Below, piece by piece: positions 41,998 to 51,523 of a DNA stretch of 64,000 nt. How positions within the stretch are numbered: the first letter of the stretch is position 1; every line of letters starts with the position of its first letter. Origin of the DNA: Nitrososphaeria archaeon (lineage in GTDB: Archaea; Thermoproteota; Nitrososphaeria; JACIWG01); the NCBI GenBank assembly GCA_963752255.1, contig CAVVXT010000019.1, forward strand, positions 416,001 to 480,000, in the 5' to 3' direction. The notes below the pieces were generated by a model. It saw only the letters and a program-made list of their open reading frames with translations, was not told where the DNA came from and did not search any database. The position numbers were made by a program, and so were the translations under genes.

Positions 41998-43128
41998 ATG
42001 TCCAACAAGAAAGACTACTATGAAGTACTCGGCGTGCAAAGGGGTACTACAAAGGACCAGATCAAAGATGCTTATAGAGAATTGGCCATGCAATACCATC
42101 CTGACAGGAACAAGTCACCTGGAGCAGAGGAAAAGTTCAAAGAAATTTCTGAAGCCTATGCTGTTCTATCAGACGATGAAAAACGCCAACAGTACGATAC
42201 GCTGGGCCACACCGGATTTGATCAAAGGTACAGCACGGAAGACATCTTCAGAGGAACGGATTTCGAATCGATCCTAAGAGACATGGGTTCTGGATTCGGA
42301 TTCGATAATATATTCGACATCTTCTTCGGAAGAGGAGGTGGTGGTTACGAAGGATCACCTATGAGAGGAAGAGACCTTTCAGTTGAACTCGAGGTAACAC
42401 TAGAGGAGACTGCAAAAGGTGTTGAAAAGGAGATAGAGATACCAAGAACTGAAAGGTGTGATGTATGCCGTGGTACGGGTGCAAGCCCAGGCACATCGCC
42501 GAAAACCTGTCCGACGTGCAGAGGGACCGGCCAAGTTCAGAAGGTGCGCTCAAGCGGCTTCGCTCGTTTTGTTCAGATATCGACATGCTCCACATGCAGG
42601 GGGGCAGGAAGAATAATCGAATCCCCTTGCAGGGAATGCAGAGGAACAGGCATGGTAAGGAAGATACGAAAGATTTCTGTAAGAGTACCTCCCGGAATAG
42701 ATGATGGCCAACAGCTGAGGCTCGAGGGCCAAGGAGATGTGTTACCCAACGGTGGAGCAGCAGGGGACTTATTTATACAGATTAAAATTGCGCCTCATAA
42801 ATACTTCCAAAGGGAAGGAGACAGCCTCTTATATGAGCTGTCAATCAGCTTTCCCCAAGCAGCGCTGGGAACAGAGGTATCAATTCCGACAATAGATGGG
42901 AGCATGTGGATAAAGATACCGGCTGGAACACAGCCTGGAACAGTAATGAAGCTGTCTGGAAAGGGCATGCCTAGATTGAATAGATACGGTCGAGGAGACC
43001 TGCTGGTTCACGTTGATGTATCTGTACCGAAGAGCCTTACTCAGCGTCAGAAAGAACTTCTACAGGAATTAAGCGGAGAATTCGGCCAAAATGTGGAAGA
43101 CAGGAGAAAAGGCTTTTTTAGATTCTAG
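41998..43128 (+). CDS. dnaJ: Chaperone DnaJ
   Basis: J domain with HPD, G/F-rich region and four CxxCxGxG repeats. Confidence 0.98.
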   Translation: MSNKKDYYEVLGVQRGTTKDQIKDAYRELAMQYHPDRNKSPGAEEKFKEISEAYAVLSDDEKRQQYDTLGHTGFDQRYSTEDIFRGTDFESILRDMGSGFGFDNIFDIFFGRGGGGYEGSPMRGRDLSVELEVTLEETAKGVEKEIEIPRTERCDVCRGTGASPGTSPKTCPTCRGTGQVQKVRSSGFARFVQISTCSTCRGAGRIIESPCRECRGTGMVRKIRKISVRVPPGIDDGQQLRLEGQGDVLPNGGAAGDLFIQIKIAPHKYFQREGDSLLYELSISFPQAALGTEVSIPTIDGSMWIKIPAGTQPGTVMKLSGKGMPRLNRYGRGDLLVHVDVSVPKSLTQRQKELLQELSGEFGQNVEDRRKGFFRF

Positions 43129-43198
43129 AGAGGCATCCTTATTCCCACAGCAAGAGTGACCTTTACCAATTTAAACTGACATTCCTAAAGCTTTAATA

Positions 43199-44128
43199 TT
43201 GAAGAAATTTCAAAACGGTTGGGGCAAAATGGTCAAAGTTGCATTGATCAAGGGGGAAAACAGATACGACAATATAAAGAAAGCGCTAGAAGTTATAAGG
43301 GAAGACATCTGCAAAGACATAGAAGGTAAGAAGTCTATATTATTAAAGCCGAATCTGGTTTCACCCTATAATCAGCTGTCAGCCACCCACGTTGATACGA
43401 TGAAGGCAATTCTTGATTTTATAGAGCCTTTAGCGGGTAAACAGATTACGATAGGAGAAGGTTCAGCATATGACACTCAAACTGCTTTTAAGAACTACGG
43501 ATTTAATCAGCTGCAAGGCAAGTATGACGTAAAACTTATCGATTTGAATAATGATAATTATAGAGAAATCTATGCATTTGACAGGGACTTTACCCCAATC
43601 CCATTTGAAGTCGCCCAGACAGTCTTAGACAGCGATTACATAATTTCAGCAGCTATGCTGAAAACTCATGATAACGTAATTGTGACAATGACCATCAAGA
43701 ACATGGTCGTCGGCAGCCTAGTAAGTGGCAACAAACATAAGATACATCAAGGCTACCCCGCCATCAACTTAAACCTCTATAAGCTTTCAAAGCACGTATG
43801 GCCAAAACTGTCGGTTATCGACGGCTTCACAGCCATGGAGGGAAATGGACCGGAATTCGGAGAGCAGGTTGACATGAAGATCGCTATAGCAAGCAGTGAT
43901 CCATTAGCAGCGGACACCATCGGCGCATACGTTATGGGATTTGATCCAAATGAGATAGGATACCTCCATTACTTGAAAACAACAGGATTTGGGGAAGGTA
44001 ACCTAGAAAGAATAGATGTCATAGGGGAAAACGTTGACAATATCAGAAGAAAGTTTAAACCCCATTCAAGCTATAGGGCACAAAGAGAGTGGAAAATAAG
44101 CGAAGACCTGTTAGCGAAACTCTTATAG
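43199..44128 (+). CDS. DUF362 domain protein (start probably ATG 43229)
   Basis: ILLKPNLV, THVD, IGEGS, LKTH...T.TIKN, IDG..AMEGNGP and DPLAAD motifs. Confidence 0.85.
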   Translation: MKKFQNGWGKMVKVALIKGENRYDNIKKALEVIREDICKDIEGKKSILLKPNLVSPYNQLSATHVDTMKAILDFIEPLAGKQITIGEGSAYDTQTAFKNYGFNQLQGKYDVKLIDLNNDNYREIYAFDRDFTPIPFEVAQTVLDSDYIISAAMLKTHDNVIVTMTIKNMVVGSLVSGNKHKIHQGYPAINLNLYKLSKHVWPKLSVIDGFTAMEGNGPEFGEQVDMKIAIASSDPLAADTIGAYVMGFDPNEIGYLHYLKTTGFGEGNLERIDVIGENVDNIRRKFKPHSSYRAQREWKISEDLLAKLL

Positions 44129-44233
44129 CCCTGCTGTTATTCGATTAAAATAAGATCAGGAAATATTCTGTATGTAAATCAATCTTATGAGAAGATTTAT
44201 AAGAATATCCTATGGAGATGCGTCGTTAAAGTT

Positions 44234-46858
44234 ATGGGGGGGACAGAGGGGACCACTGATAAGGTTGATTCCGGACACCAACACGTAATCTTAAGCACGG
44301 AAGATTTCCTAAGTCAGCCGATCGAAGAGGTTTTCTCTAAACTTGGTACCTCAAAGTCAGGTCTTACATCAAAAGAGGCAGAAGATCGCATTAAGACCTA
44401 TGGACGAAACGAATTTGCCAAAAAAAGGAGGCGAAGCGCCCTCGAAAAATTTCTTCTGCAGTTGAAGAGCCCTCTAGTAATAATACTGCTTTTTGCGAGT
44501 CTCGTATCAGCCTTCTTTGGAGAAATAATAAATGCGGGCATAATATTCTTCATAATTTTCTTGAGTTTAATTCTTCTTTTCTATCAGGAATCTAAGGCAG
44601 AGAAAGCCGCGGAAACTCTGAAGGAAAAGGTAACCACTACAGCAACTGTGTTAAGGGATCAGATAAAACAGGAGGTGAAACTTTCTGACATCGTGCCTGG
44701 CGACATACTATTCCTTTCAGCAGGAGACATCGTACCAGCAGACGCAAGAGTATTCAGTGCAAAGGACCTATTCATTAACCAATCAGCACTGACTGGAGAG
44801 TCATTTCCTGTCGAAAAAGTAACAGCGCCCCTAGAAACAAAAAGTTCACAAATTACGGATTGGGATAATTTTCTCTTTTTAGGGACCTCGGTTGTCAGCG
44901 GGACAGCGAACGCCGTTGCAGTAAGAACCGGAAGCGCAACTGAATACGGAAAAATTTCCAAAAAGCTTGTTGAGAGAGCGCCAGAAACGGAGTTCGAGAG
45001 GGGGCTTAGAAGATTTGGTTTCTTAATAATGGAGGTAACGTTTATCCTCGTGATCTTTGTCTTTTTCATAAACGCCCTTCTTAGACAACATGTGCTTGAA
45101 GCGCTTCTTTTTTCCTTAGCCTTAGCGGTCGGTCTGACCCCTGAACTTTTACCGATGATCTTGTCAGTGAACCTTTCGAACGGTGCGATTTCGATGTCTA
45201 AGAAGGGGGTTATTGTAAAACGGTTGGCTTCTATCCAAAACTTTGGAAGCATGGATGTTTTATGCACGGATAAAACCGGTACTCTAACAGAAAACAAGAT
45301 TACACTCATAAAACATATAGATGTAGATGGAAAAGATGACGAAAAGGTACTTTTATATTCTTTTTTAAATAGCTCCTTTCAAACTGGGCTTAGAAGTCCT
45401 CTTGATGATGCAATTCTGGTATACAAAGGGATAGACATTAAAGACTACCAGAAGATTGATGAAGTTCCATTCGATTTTACAAGAAGACGTGTTTCAGTGG
45501 TTGTCGAAAATAGAAATGAGAGAATCTTGATTTCCAAAGGAGCTCCAGAAGAGATCTTCCAAGTGTGCACCTTCTGTGAAATTGAAGAAGTTAATTACGA
45601 CATGACATCTGAGTTAACAAAAGAGTTTGAGGAAAAATATTATGAACTTAGCACTCAAGGGTTCAGGGTTTTAGGGGTTTCATACAAGAGGGTAAAAGAG
45701 GAAAAAAAGGTTTACTGCGTCGATGACGAGGTTGATATGGTTTTTTTGGGTTTCATAGCTTTCATTGATCCCCCAAAAGAGACTGTGATGAAATCTTTAC
45801 AACAATTGCGCCAAGCTTCTATCGAACTTAAAATTCTAACAGGCGACAACGAAATTGTAACAAGAAAGGTCTGCGAACAATTAGGCTTCGACATTAAACG
45901 CATCGTACTCGGAAAAGAGATTTCACAGCTAACAGATGAAGCATTAGCGAGAGTCGTTGAGCAGGCAAATATCTTTGCCAGAGTGACGCCGGCTCAGAAG
46001 GGCAGAATAATTTCTGCTTTAAGAAATAACGGCCATGTTGTCGGCTTCCTAGGCGACGGTATAAATGACGCACCTTCCATGAAAATATCGGACGTCGGGA
46101 TATCCGTGGATAACGCTGTAGATGTCGCAAAAGAGTCTGCGGACATCATATTATTGCATAAAGACCTTACTGTGCTAGCGGATGGAGTTCTAGAGGGAAG
46201 GAAAACTTTCGGAAACACGATGAAGTACATCATGATGGGGACCAGTTCGAACTTTGGCAACATGTTCAGTGTCGCAGGAGCGTCAATCTTTTTACCGTTT
46301 CTGCCAATGCTTCCAATACAGATACTCCTTAACAATCTGCTGTACGATTTTTCAGAGCTTACAATACCCACGGATAATGTCGATCAAGAATACTTGAGCA
46401 CGCCAAAAAGATGGGATATCTCTTTCATACGGAGGTTCATGATAACTTTGGGTCCCATCAGCTCAATTTTCGATTTCCTGACGTTTTTCATAATGTGGTT
46501 CGTTTTTCATGCTTCTGCACCACTTTTCCAGACAGCATGGTTCCTCGAATCTTTGGCATCACAGTCTTTGGTCGTATTCGTTATAAGAACAAGGGAGACG
46601 CCGTTCTATAAAAGCAGACCTAGTAAATTTCTACTGATTAGCACTTTAGGAGTTGTTGCATTTGCACTGATACTACCGTTAACGCCTATAGGCAGGTTGT
46701 TCAAGTTCGAAGTACCACCCTTTACATTCTTCATAATATTAGCAGGCCTCCTTATCGTTTACTTAGCACTTGTTGATCTTGTTAAAAGATGGTTCTACCG
46801 ACACTACTCATATGGTCTCGAAGTAATCTCTAAGCCCAATAATGACATATATACATAG
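44234..46858 (+). CDS. mgtA: Magnesium-translocating P-type ATPase
   Basis: TGES, GLTPELLPMI, CTDKTGTLT, KGAPEE, GDGINDAP and SSNFGNMFS (MgtA-type). Confidence 0.93.
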   Translation: MGGTEGTTDKVDSGHQHVILSTEDFLSQPIEEVFSKLGTSKSGLTSKEAEDRIKTYGRNEFAKKRRRSALEKFLLQLKSPLVIILLFASLVSAFFGEIINAGIIFFIIFLSLILLFYQESKAEKAAETLKEKVTTTATVLRDQIKQEVKLSDIVPGDILFLSAGDIVPADARVFSAKDLFINQSALTGESFPVEKVTAPLETKSSQITDWDNFLFLGTSVVSGTANAVAVRTGSATEYGKISKKLVERAPETEFERGLRRFGFLIMEVTFILVIFVFFINALLRQHVLEALLFSLALAVGLTPELLPMILSVNLSNGAISMSKKGVIVKRLASIQNFGSMDVLCTDKTGTLTENKITLIKHIDVDGKDDEKVLLYSFLNSSFQTGLRSPLDDAILVYKGIDIKDYQKIDEVPFDFTRRRVSVVVENRNERILISKGAPEEIFQVCTFCEIEEVNYDMTSELTKEFEEKYYELSTQGFRVLGVSYKRVKEEKKVYCVDDEVDMVFLGFIAFIDPPKETVMKSLQQLRQASIELKILTGDNEIVTRKVCEQLGFDIKRIVLGKEISQLTDEALARVVEQANIFARVTPAQKGRIISALRNNGHVVGFLGDGINDAPSMKISDVGISVDNAVDVAKESADIILLHKDLTVLADGVLEGRKTFGNTMKYIMMGTSSNFGNMFSVAGASIFLPFLPMLPIQILLNNLLYDFSELTIPTDNVDQEYLSTPKRWDISFIRRFMITLGPISSIFDFLTFFIMWFVFHASAPLFQTAWFLESLASQSLVVFVIRTRETPFYKSRPSKFLLISTLGVVAFALILPLTPIGRLFKFEVPPFTFFIILAGLLIVYLALVDLVKRWFYRHYSYGLEVISKPNNDIYT

Positions 46859-46905
46859 ATGTCCCTCAGATAAACGGGTTTCATTCAAAATCGTACGTAG
46901 GCTGG

Positions 46906-48525
46906 TTAGTGTCCTCCCCCTCCAGCACAGGCGCAAGCACAGCTTACACAAGCGCAGGCACATGCGCAGGCATGACAAGCGCATACACAGTTAGAATTAT
47001 GCTGCACTGGAGCTCGGGATTGAGCCTGTTGGGCTGGAGGTGGAAGAATATTTTTAGTAAATTGCTCTATATTAGAAACAAATTTTGAAGACGTCTGTTC
47101 AAACGACTTTGCAATAGAATCAGCGAAATCCGCACCGGGGATGCTAATTTTGCCGGCAGGTTGAGCGGTCTTCAAGTCGCTTTGTGAAGGAGCAACGTTA
47201 GGTAGATATCTGCTATTATAGTTGTACCAGCCCCATTCAGGTCCTGGAATAAAGATGATTGGAGTGAACTTCTGCTTAGTCCTATTTACATATCCATCAT
47301 CTAGCATGAGCCAAAGAAGTTGTTCGTTGAAAAGATTTGAAGCAAGCTCTGGCGTCTGCGCTTTTTCAACTTGACTCCATGCCTGCTCAACCACTGACCT
47401 ATAATGGTTCACAGTATCTTCTCTACAATAGCCCCTGACTTTATTGTCAACAGTATCTCTTAGGTTCATTATCGTCTTTGCTAGTTTTTCCTCGCTCAAG
47501 TAGCCATCAGGCTTTATCGCGTCGAGAAAACCTATTTCGTAGTACATAAGATCAGGTGGACGAGACTGAACTTTTAAATTAATACTAGGTTCAACGCCTT
47601 CGACATAGACCACTTTCTTCAAAAGTAGACCGTACAATATGGCTGTAACGACCTTAGGTGGGGGCAGCCCAAGGAGTTGAGCTGCTTCCACAGCTGTTAA
47701 ACCGGCTTTTACGCCTAGGGCTTCAATATTCATCTGGGGAGCTAAATAATTTCTCTTTCTGAGAGCGCCAAAAGCTCCGACCATAGCCAAAATAATGAAT
47801 AAAACGATGAAAGCTACGAACGCCAAGGGAATCAGGAGGGTAAAAAGATCTGATGTTCCACTATTCGCCTTATAGTTAGGCATCAAAGAAGAAGGAAAGG
47901 AGACGCCAACTTCAAACTTCTGTCCTTTTGTAAGATTATTTCTTTCCCAATACATCACAAGCCTTCCCCCTTCTTCGGTTGGAACCTGATCCCAGTTAGG
48001 AGTGTTCTTAACGTCCCCTGCTTTTGTGCCAGAAGGAAAGACGATCATTGCTCTTAGGTCAGACACTTCTGCGTCGTCGAACCAGCATGCGATAAATTTC
48101 ATACCATAGTTTCCCTTATTGTCGGCATCGTTGTAGATCATCTGCCCGACGTTTGTAAGCAGGGTGAATTCCGAAGATTCACCGACATTTATCGGCTTGG
48201 GAAGAGTCACATCCACCCGATAATTGCTACCACTACTAGCGTCTACAGCTTTCAATACTGCACCTCCTATATCCTTTGCTTCGCCAATCTTGAAGTCTCC
48301 GTTGGGTTGACCGACATAGAAACCGCTCATAACGCCTGAAGTACATGTCACCGTCATGTTGTAGAGCAGGTCGATTGTGCCGTCGCCATTAATCCAGATC
48401 TTTATGTATTCACGATCCACCTGATAAGTTAAGGGCTCGGCTGCTAGTGCAGCATTCCAAGACAGAGACACCGCTAGAAAAATTAGTGCTAAAACGGTAA
48501 ATGTGCAAATGGTTTTGTTTACCAT
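46906..48525 (-). CDS. DUF2207-like membrane protein with a C-terminal Cys-Ala repeat tail (candidate radical SAM substrate)
   Basis: Signal peptide, extracellular beta domain, one internal TM helix, cytoplasmic domain, and C-terminus CVCACHACACACACVSCACACAGGGGH. Confidence 0.85.
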   Translation of the reverse strand: MVNKTICTFTVLALIFLAVSLSWNAALAAEPLTYQVDREYIKIWINGDGTIDLLYNMTVTCTSGVMSGFYVGQPNGDFKIGEAKDIGGAVLKAVDASSGSNYRVDVTLPKPINVGESSEFTLLTNVGQMIYNDADNKGNYGMKFIACWFDDAEVSDLRAMIVFPSGTKAGDVKNTPNWDQVPTEEGGRLVMYWERNNLTKGQKFEVGVSFPSSLMPNYKANSGTSDLFTLLIPLAFVAFIVLFIILAMVGAFGALRKRNYLAPQMNIEALGVKAGLTAVEAAQLLGLPPPKVVTAILYGLLLKKVVYVEGVEPSINLKVQSRPPDLMYYEIGFLDAIKPDGYLSEEKLAKTIMNLRDTVDNKVRGYCREDTVNHYRSVVEQAWSQVEKAQTPELASNLFNEQLLWLMLDDGYVNRTKQKFTPIIFIPGPEWGWYNYNSRYLPNVAPSQSDLKTAQPAGKISIPGADFADSIAKSFEQTSSKFVSNIEQFTKNILPPPAQQAQSRAPVQHNSNCVCACHACACACACVSCACACAGGGGH

Positions 48526-48863
48526 TTAGGTTCCTCTGACAGTTGAGAGCTAGATCCACAGTAGGGACAGCTGATGTAAGTAATTCCCGAGACGATTTTG
48601 ATGTTCCCAATCGGAACCGGTGCAGAGCATTGAGGACATTTAACTACTTTAGTCTGTATATCGGCAGGAAGGTCAACTTGATATCTTATAGGAGACCGCG
48701 GTCGAGTAATATAGATGTAGAAGGGTATTAATAGGCCTACTAGGACGAGAACGGATCCAGGTATTATCCTAGAAGATTCGTAAACCGATGCTATCAAGAA
48801 TATTATGCCAAAGAATATCAGCACTGCAGCCAGGATAACTGCAAGAACTACCACGACCCTCAA
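48519..48863 (-). CDS. Two-TM membrane protein with C-terminal zinc ribbon
   Basis: Two hydrophobic helices; CPQC...CPYCG; overlaps the downstream gene by 7 nt. Confidence 0.85.
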   Translation of the reverse strand: MRVVVVLAVILAAVLIFFGIIFLIASVYESSRIIPGSVLVLVGLLIPFYIYITRPRSPIRYQVDLPADIQTKVVKCPQCSAPVPIGNIKIVSGITYISCPYCGSSSQLSEEPKW

Positions 48864-48876
48864 ATTTTTTCACCTA

Positions 48877-50220
48877 TCAAGACTGACCGCAAACATAATG
48901 GCCAGCACCATATTCGAGTGGACAGCCTGAGCCACAAGTCTTAAAGTCCGCACAGTCAACGCATTCGGAAGGAGCATACTTTCTAGTTCTCAATTCCACC
49001 GATAAAGGGTTGTTCCAGATGTCAGCCCACCTGTCGCTCAGAATATTGCCTAAGGATTTAAAGTAGCTCTGGCATGGGTAAACATCACCGTTAGGACCAA
49101 CGCACATATTCATCAGAGCCGCGCTGCAAGATTTTATGCCTAATCCCATGTTTACTGGGTCAAGTTCACAGTATCTAGTCGGAGTAAACCATGAGAAAGT
49201 CAGCCCCAACTCTTCGGCCTTGGCCTCCAGTTTAGTCAAAACTTCTTTAAGCCTTTCAATTGGAAGAGCCAACTCTTTAGATGAGGACTCTCCTCTACCA
49301 CTATAGATCAGACTGTTACAGCAAAAGCTCTTTACGCCGAGGTTCTTCAAGAATTCCATGGTCTCTAAAGCGCCATCGACGTTTAATCGCGTGAGAGTAG
49401 TATTTGTTGAGACATATATCTTAGATTCGAGAGCGTTCCTTAATCCTTCTACAGTCTCATTCCAGCTTCCAGGTGAACAAGTCATTTTATCATGTATTTC
49501 AGGGATATGAGATTCGACGGTGATCTGAACAAAATCTAAACCTGCATCGGCTAAGGACTTGACGTAGCTTTTATCTGAAAGTCTGCGACCATTTGTAATA
49601 AGACCGCTGACAAGACCCGAGTTCTGGGCGTACTGTAATAGTGTAGGCAAATCATCCCTCAAAGTGGGCTCTCCACCTGTAAAGGTAACGATAAAGATGG
49701 CTGCATCCTTAACCCTGTTAATTACCTGCATCCAATCAGAAGTTGAAAGCTCAATACCTTCTTTTGGTCCTCCAACGTAACAGTGTATGCAATCATTTTG
49801 GCATCTGAACGTCAGGGCCAGATCCATCCTAACAGGAGCCGTTGAAGGGGCACTAAATGGCTCCAAACGCCCAACACCAAGATAGGATATAGGACACACC
49901 TTCCCAGTCTTAGCTAACGTGTTAACGGTGTACAGAAAACGTTCGTGATCCTTTTTAGCTTCTTTTTTTGACACCTTGTAAACTCTTGTAATATCTTTAA
50001 CAGCATTTTCTACGGTCAGACCATTGACAAACAAGTAGGCGTGAAAAGTTGCGGTTTCATTCATGTAAAACACTGCGTTAGCGTTAACTGCAAGAACACC
50101 CTTGCCATCAGGCTCAACCCTTAGCTGAACGGACAGCCCTTTGTAGTCTCCTTTCCCCCTAAACGTGTATAGTCCAGGTTTAGCTGCTAAAGGGGACCTG
50201 CCAAAGATCCTCGAAAACAT
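48877..50220 (-). CDS. Radical SAM/SPASM peptide maturase with N-terminal PqqD-like RRE domain
   Basis: CQNDCIHC (CX3CX2C), TGGEP, SPASM C...GDVYPC...CVDC..FKTCGSGCP; N-terminal FYMNETA...GLTVENAV..I...YKVSKKEAKKDHERFL matches the PqqD pattern. Confidence 0.9.
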   Translation of the reverse strand: MFSRIFGRSPLAAKPGLYTFRGKGDYKGLSVQLRVEPDGKGVLAVNANAVFYMNETATFHAYLFVNGLTVENAVKDITRVYKVSKKEAKKDHERFLYTVNTLAKTGKVCPISYLGVGRLEPFSAPSTAPVRMDLALTFRCQNDCIHCYVGGPKEGIELSTSDWMQVINRVKDAAIFIVTFTGGEPTLRDDLPTLLQYAQNSGLVSGLITNGRRLSDKSYVKSLADAGLDFVQITVESHIPEIHDKMTCSPGSWNETVEGLRNALESKIYVSTNTTLTRLNVDGALETMEFLKNLGVKSFCCNSLIYSGRGESSSKELALPIERLKEVLTKLEAKAEELGLTFSWFTPTRYCELDPVNMGLGIKSCSAALMNMCVGPNGDVYPCQSYFKSLGNILSDRWADIWNNPLSVELRTRKYAPSECVDCADFKTCGSGCPLEYGAGHYVCGQS

Positions 50221-50290
50221 ACAAATCTAGTTGACATAATATCATATATTTGAACTTTGTATTTAGAAGAAATACTATTTGTTGGGATAT

Positions 50291-50755
50291 TTATGACCTT
50301 GTCAGGTCAAATAGAATTTTTGAAGCTCCTTCAACGTACTTAGTACACTTATTTTCCTTTAACCCGAGTTTTTTGAAAAGAGCTCTTCCTTCTGATGTGG
50401 AAAGGTCACATTTTATTAGATTACGACATCGAACATCACCGAACTCTTTCTTGAACCTTTCATAGCATTCCGAACTCTTTGCTAAACAAAGATCATATGC
50501 GTCTTGGTCAAGCCTATCCCTCCCATACATAAGACCTATTGCCATAATTGCACCCGTCAAGGCACCGCAGACAGACCCCTTTCTGGCGATTCCTCCTCCG
50601 AAACCGGTCGCGATTCTTGGTACGATATTGCTGCTTATTTTATTAGCTTCCGTGTATCCCATCAAAACAGATTCGCAGCAGTTATAGCCTTCCCTAAAAT
50701 GTGAACTTGCCCTCTCAGAAATGTCCTCCATTCCAATCATTTTTAAGAATTTCAA
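50291..50755 (-). CDS. C_GCAxxG_C_C family redox protein
   Basis: GYNCCES, GFGGG...VCGALTG, CRNL and a terminal C. Confidence 0.88.
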   Translation of the reverse strand: MKFLKMIGMEDISERASSHFREGYNCCESVLMGYTEANKISSNIVPRIATGFGGGIARKGSVCGALTGAIMAIGLMYGRDRLDQDAYDLCLAKSSECYERFKKEFGDVRCRNLIKCDLSTSEGRALFKKLGLKENKCTKYVEGASKILFDLTRS

Positions 50756-50855
50756 GTTATATATAAAAATATATATGAAATTCCAAGCATAGAAAAAATG
50801 TCTTTTCCACAGATTTTGTAAAACTTTAATATCCTAAAAGACAAAATCAGATGAT

Positions 50856-51434
50856 ATGACAGATGAAGAGCTACCTCCAGACCAGTATGAAATCCCAAAC
50901 CTCCTCAGGTGGAACATTGATCACCCCGGAATAATTTCATCGAATCCGAGGATCGATCTTGAAAAATGGATTCTAACTGTCGATGGGGAAGTCGAAAAAC
51001 CAATTAAGCTTCGATGGGGAGACTTCCTAAAACTTACATCAATAGAATCAAAAAGCGACTTTCACTGCGTGGAAGGATGGAGTGTCAGAAACTGTAGATG
51101 GTACGGCGTTAACTTCAAAACATTAGTCGAACTTGTTAAACCAGCTAAGGAAGCTAAATACGTGTTCTTCAAATGCTCAGATGGTTATACGACTTCTTTA
51201 AACCTGGAGGAGCTGCTTAAAGACGATGTTCTCCTAGCCTACAGGCTAAATGATAAGCCTCTAGACGAACCCTTTGGGGGTCCACTTAGGCTTGTAGTTC
51301 CGGACAAATACGCCTACAAGAGTGCGATGTGGGTGGAGAAGATAACCTTCACGAAAAAGAAGGAACTAGGATTTTGGGAGAAAAGAGGTTACAGCGACGA
51401 CGCCGATGTCTGGAGCAACTCACGTCTAAGATGA
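50856..51434 (+). CDS. Molybdopterin-dependent oxidoreductase (sulfite oxidase-like, YuiH type)
   Basis: DFHCVEGWS, GGPLRLVVPDKYAYKSAMW and GFWEKRGY motifs. Confidence 0.92.
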   Translation: MTDEELPPDQYEIPNLLRWNIDHPGIISSNPRIDLEKWILTVDGEVEKPIKLRWGDFLKLTSIESKSDFHCVEGWSVRNCRWYGVNFKTLVELVKPAKEAKYVFFKCSDGYTTSLNLEELLKDDVLLAYRLNDKPLDEPFGGPLRLVVPDKYAYKSAMWVEKITFTKKKELGFWEKRGYSDDADVWSNSRLR

Positions 51435-51523
51435 ATAACGTTCTAGAATCAAAAATTTAATAACGCAATAAATGTAATCTTGCTGCAGGTATAACCCTAA
51501 CTTGCTTGTGGTGAATCATATAT

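Noticed and set aside
46906-46989. CA/TG microsatellite
   Set aside because: The repeat is at the amino-acid level with varied synonymous codons.
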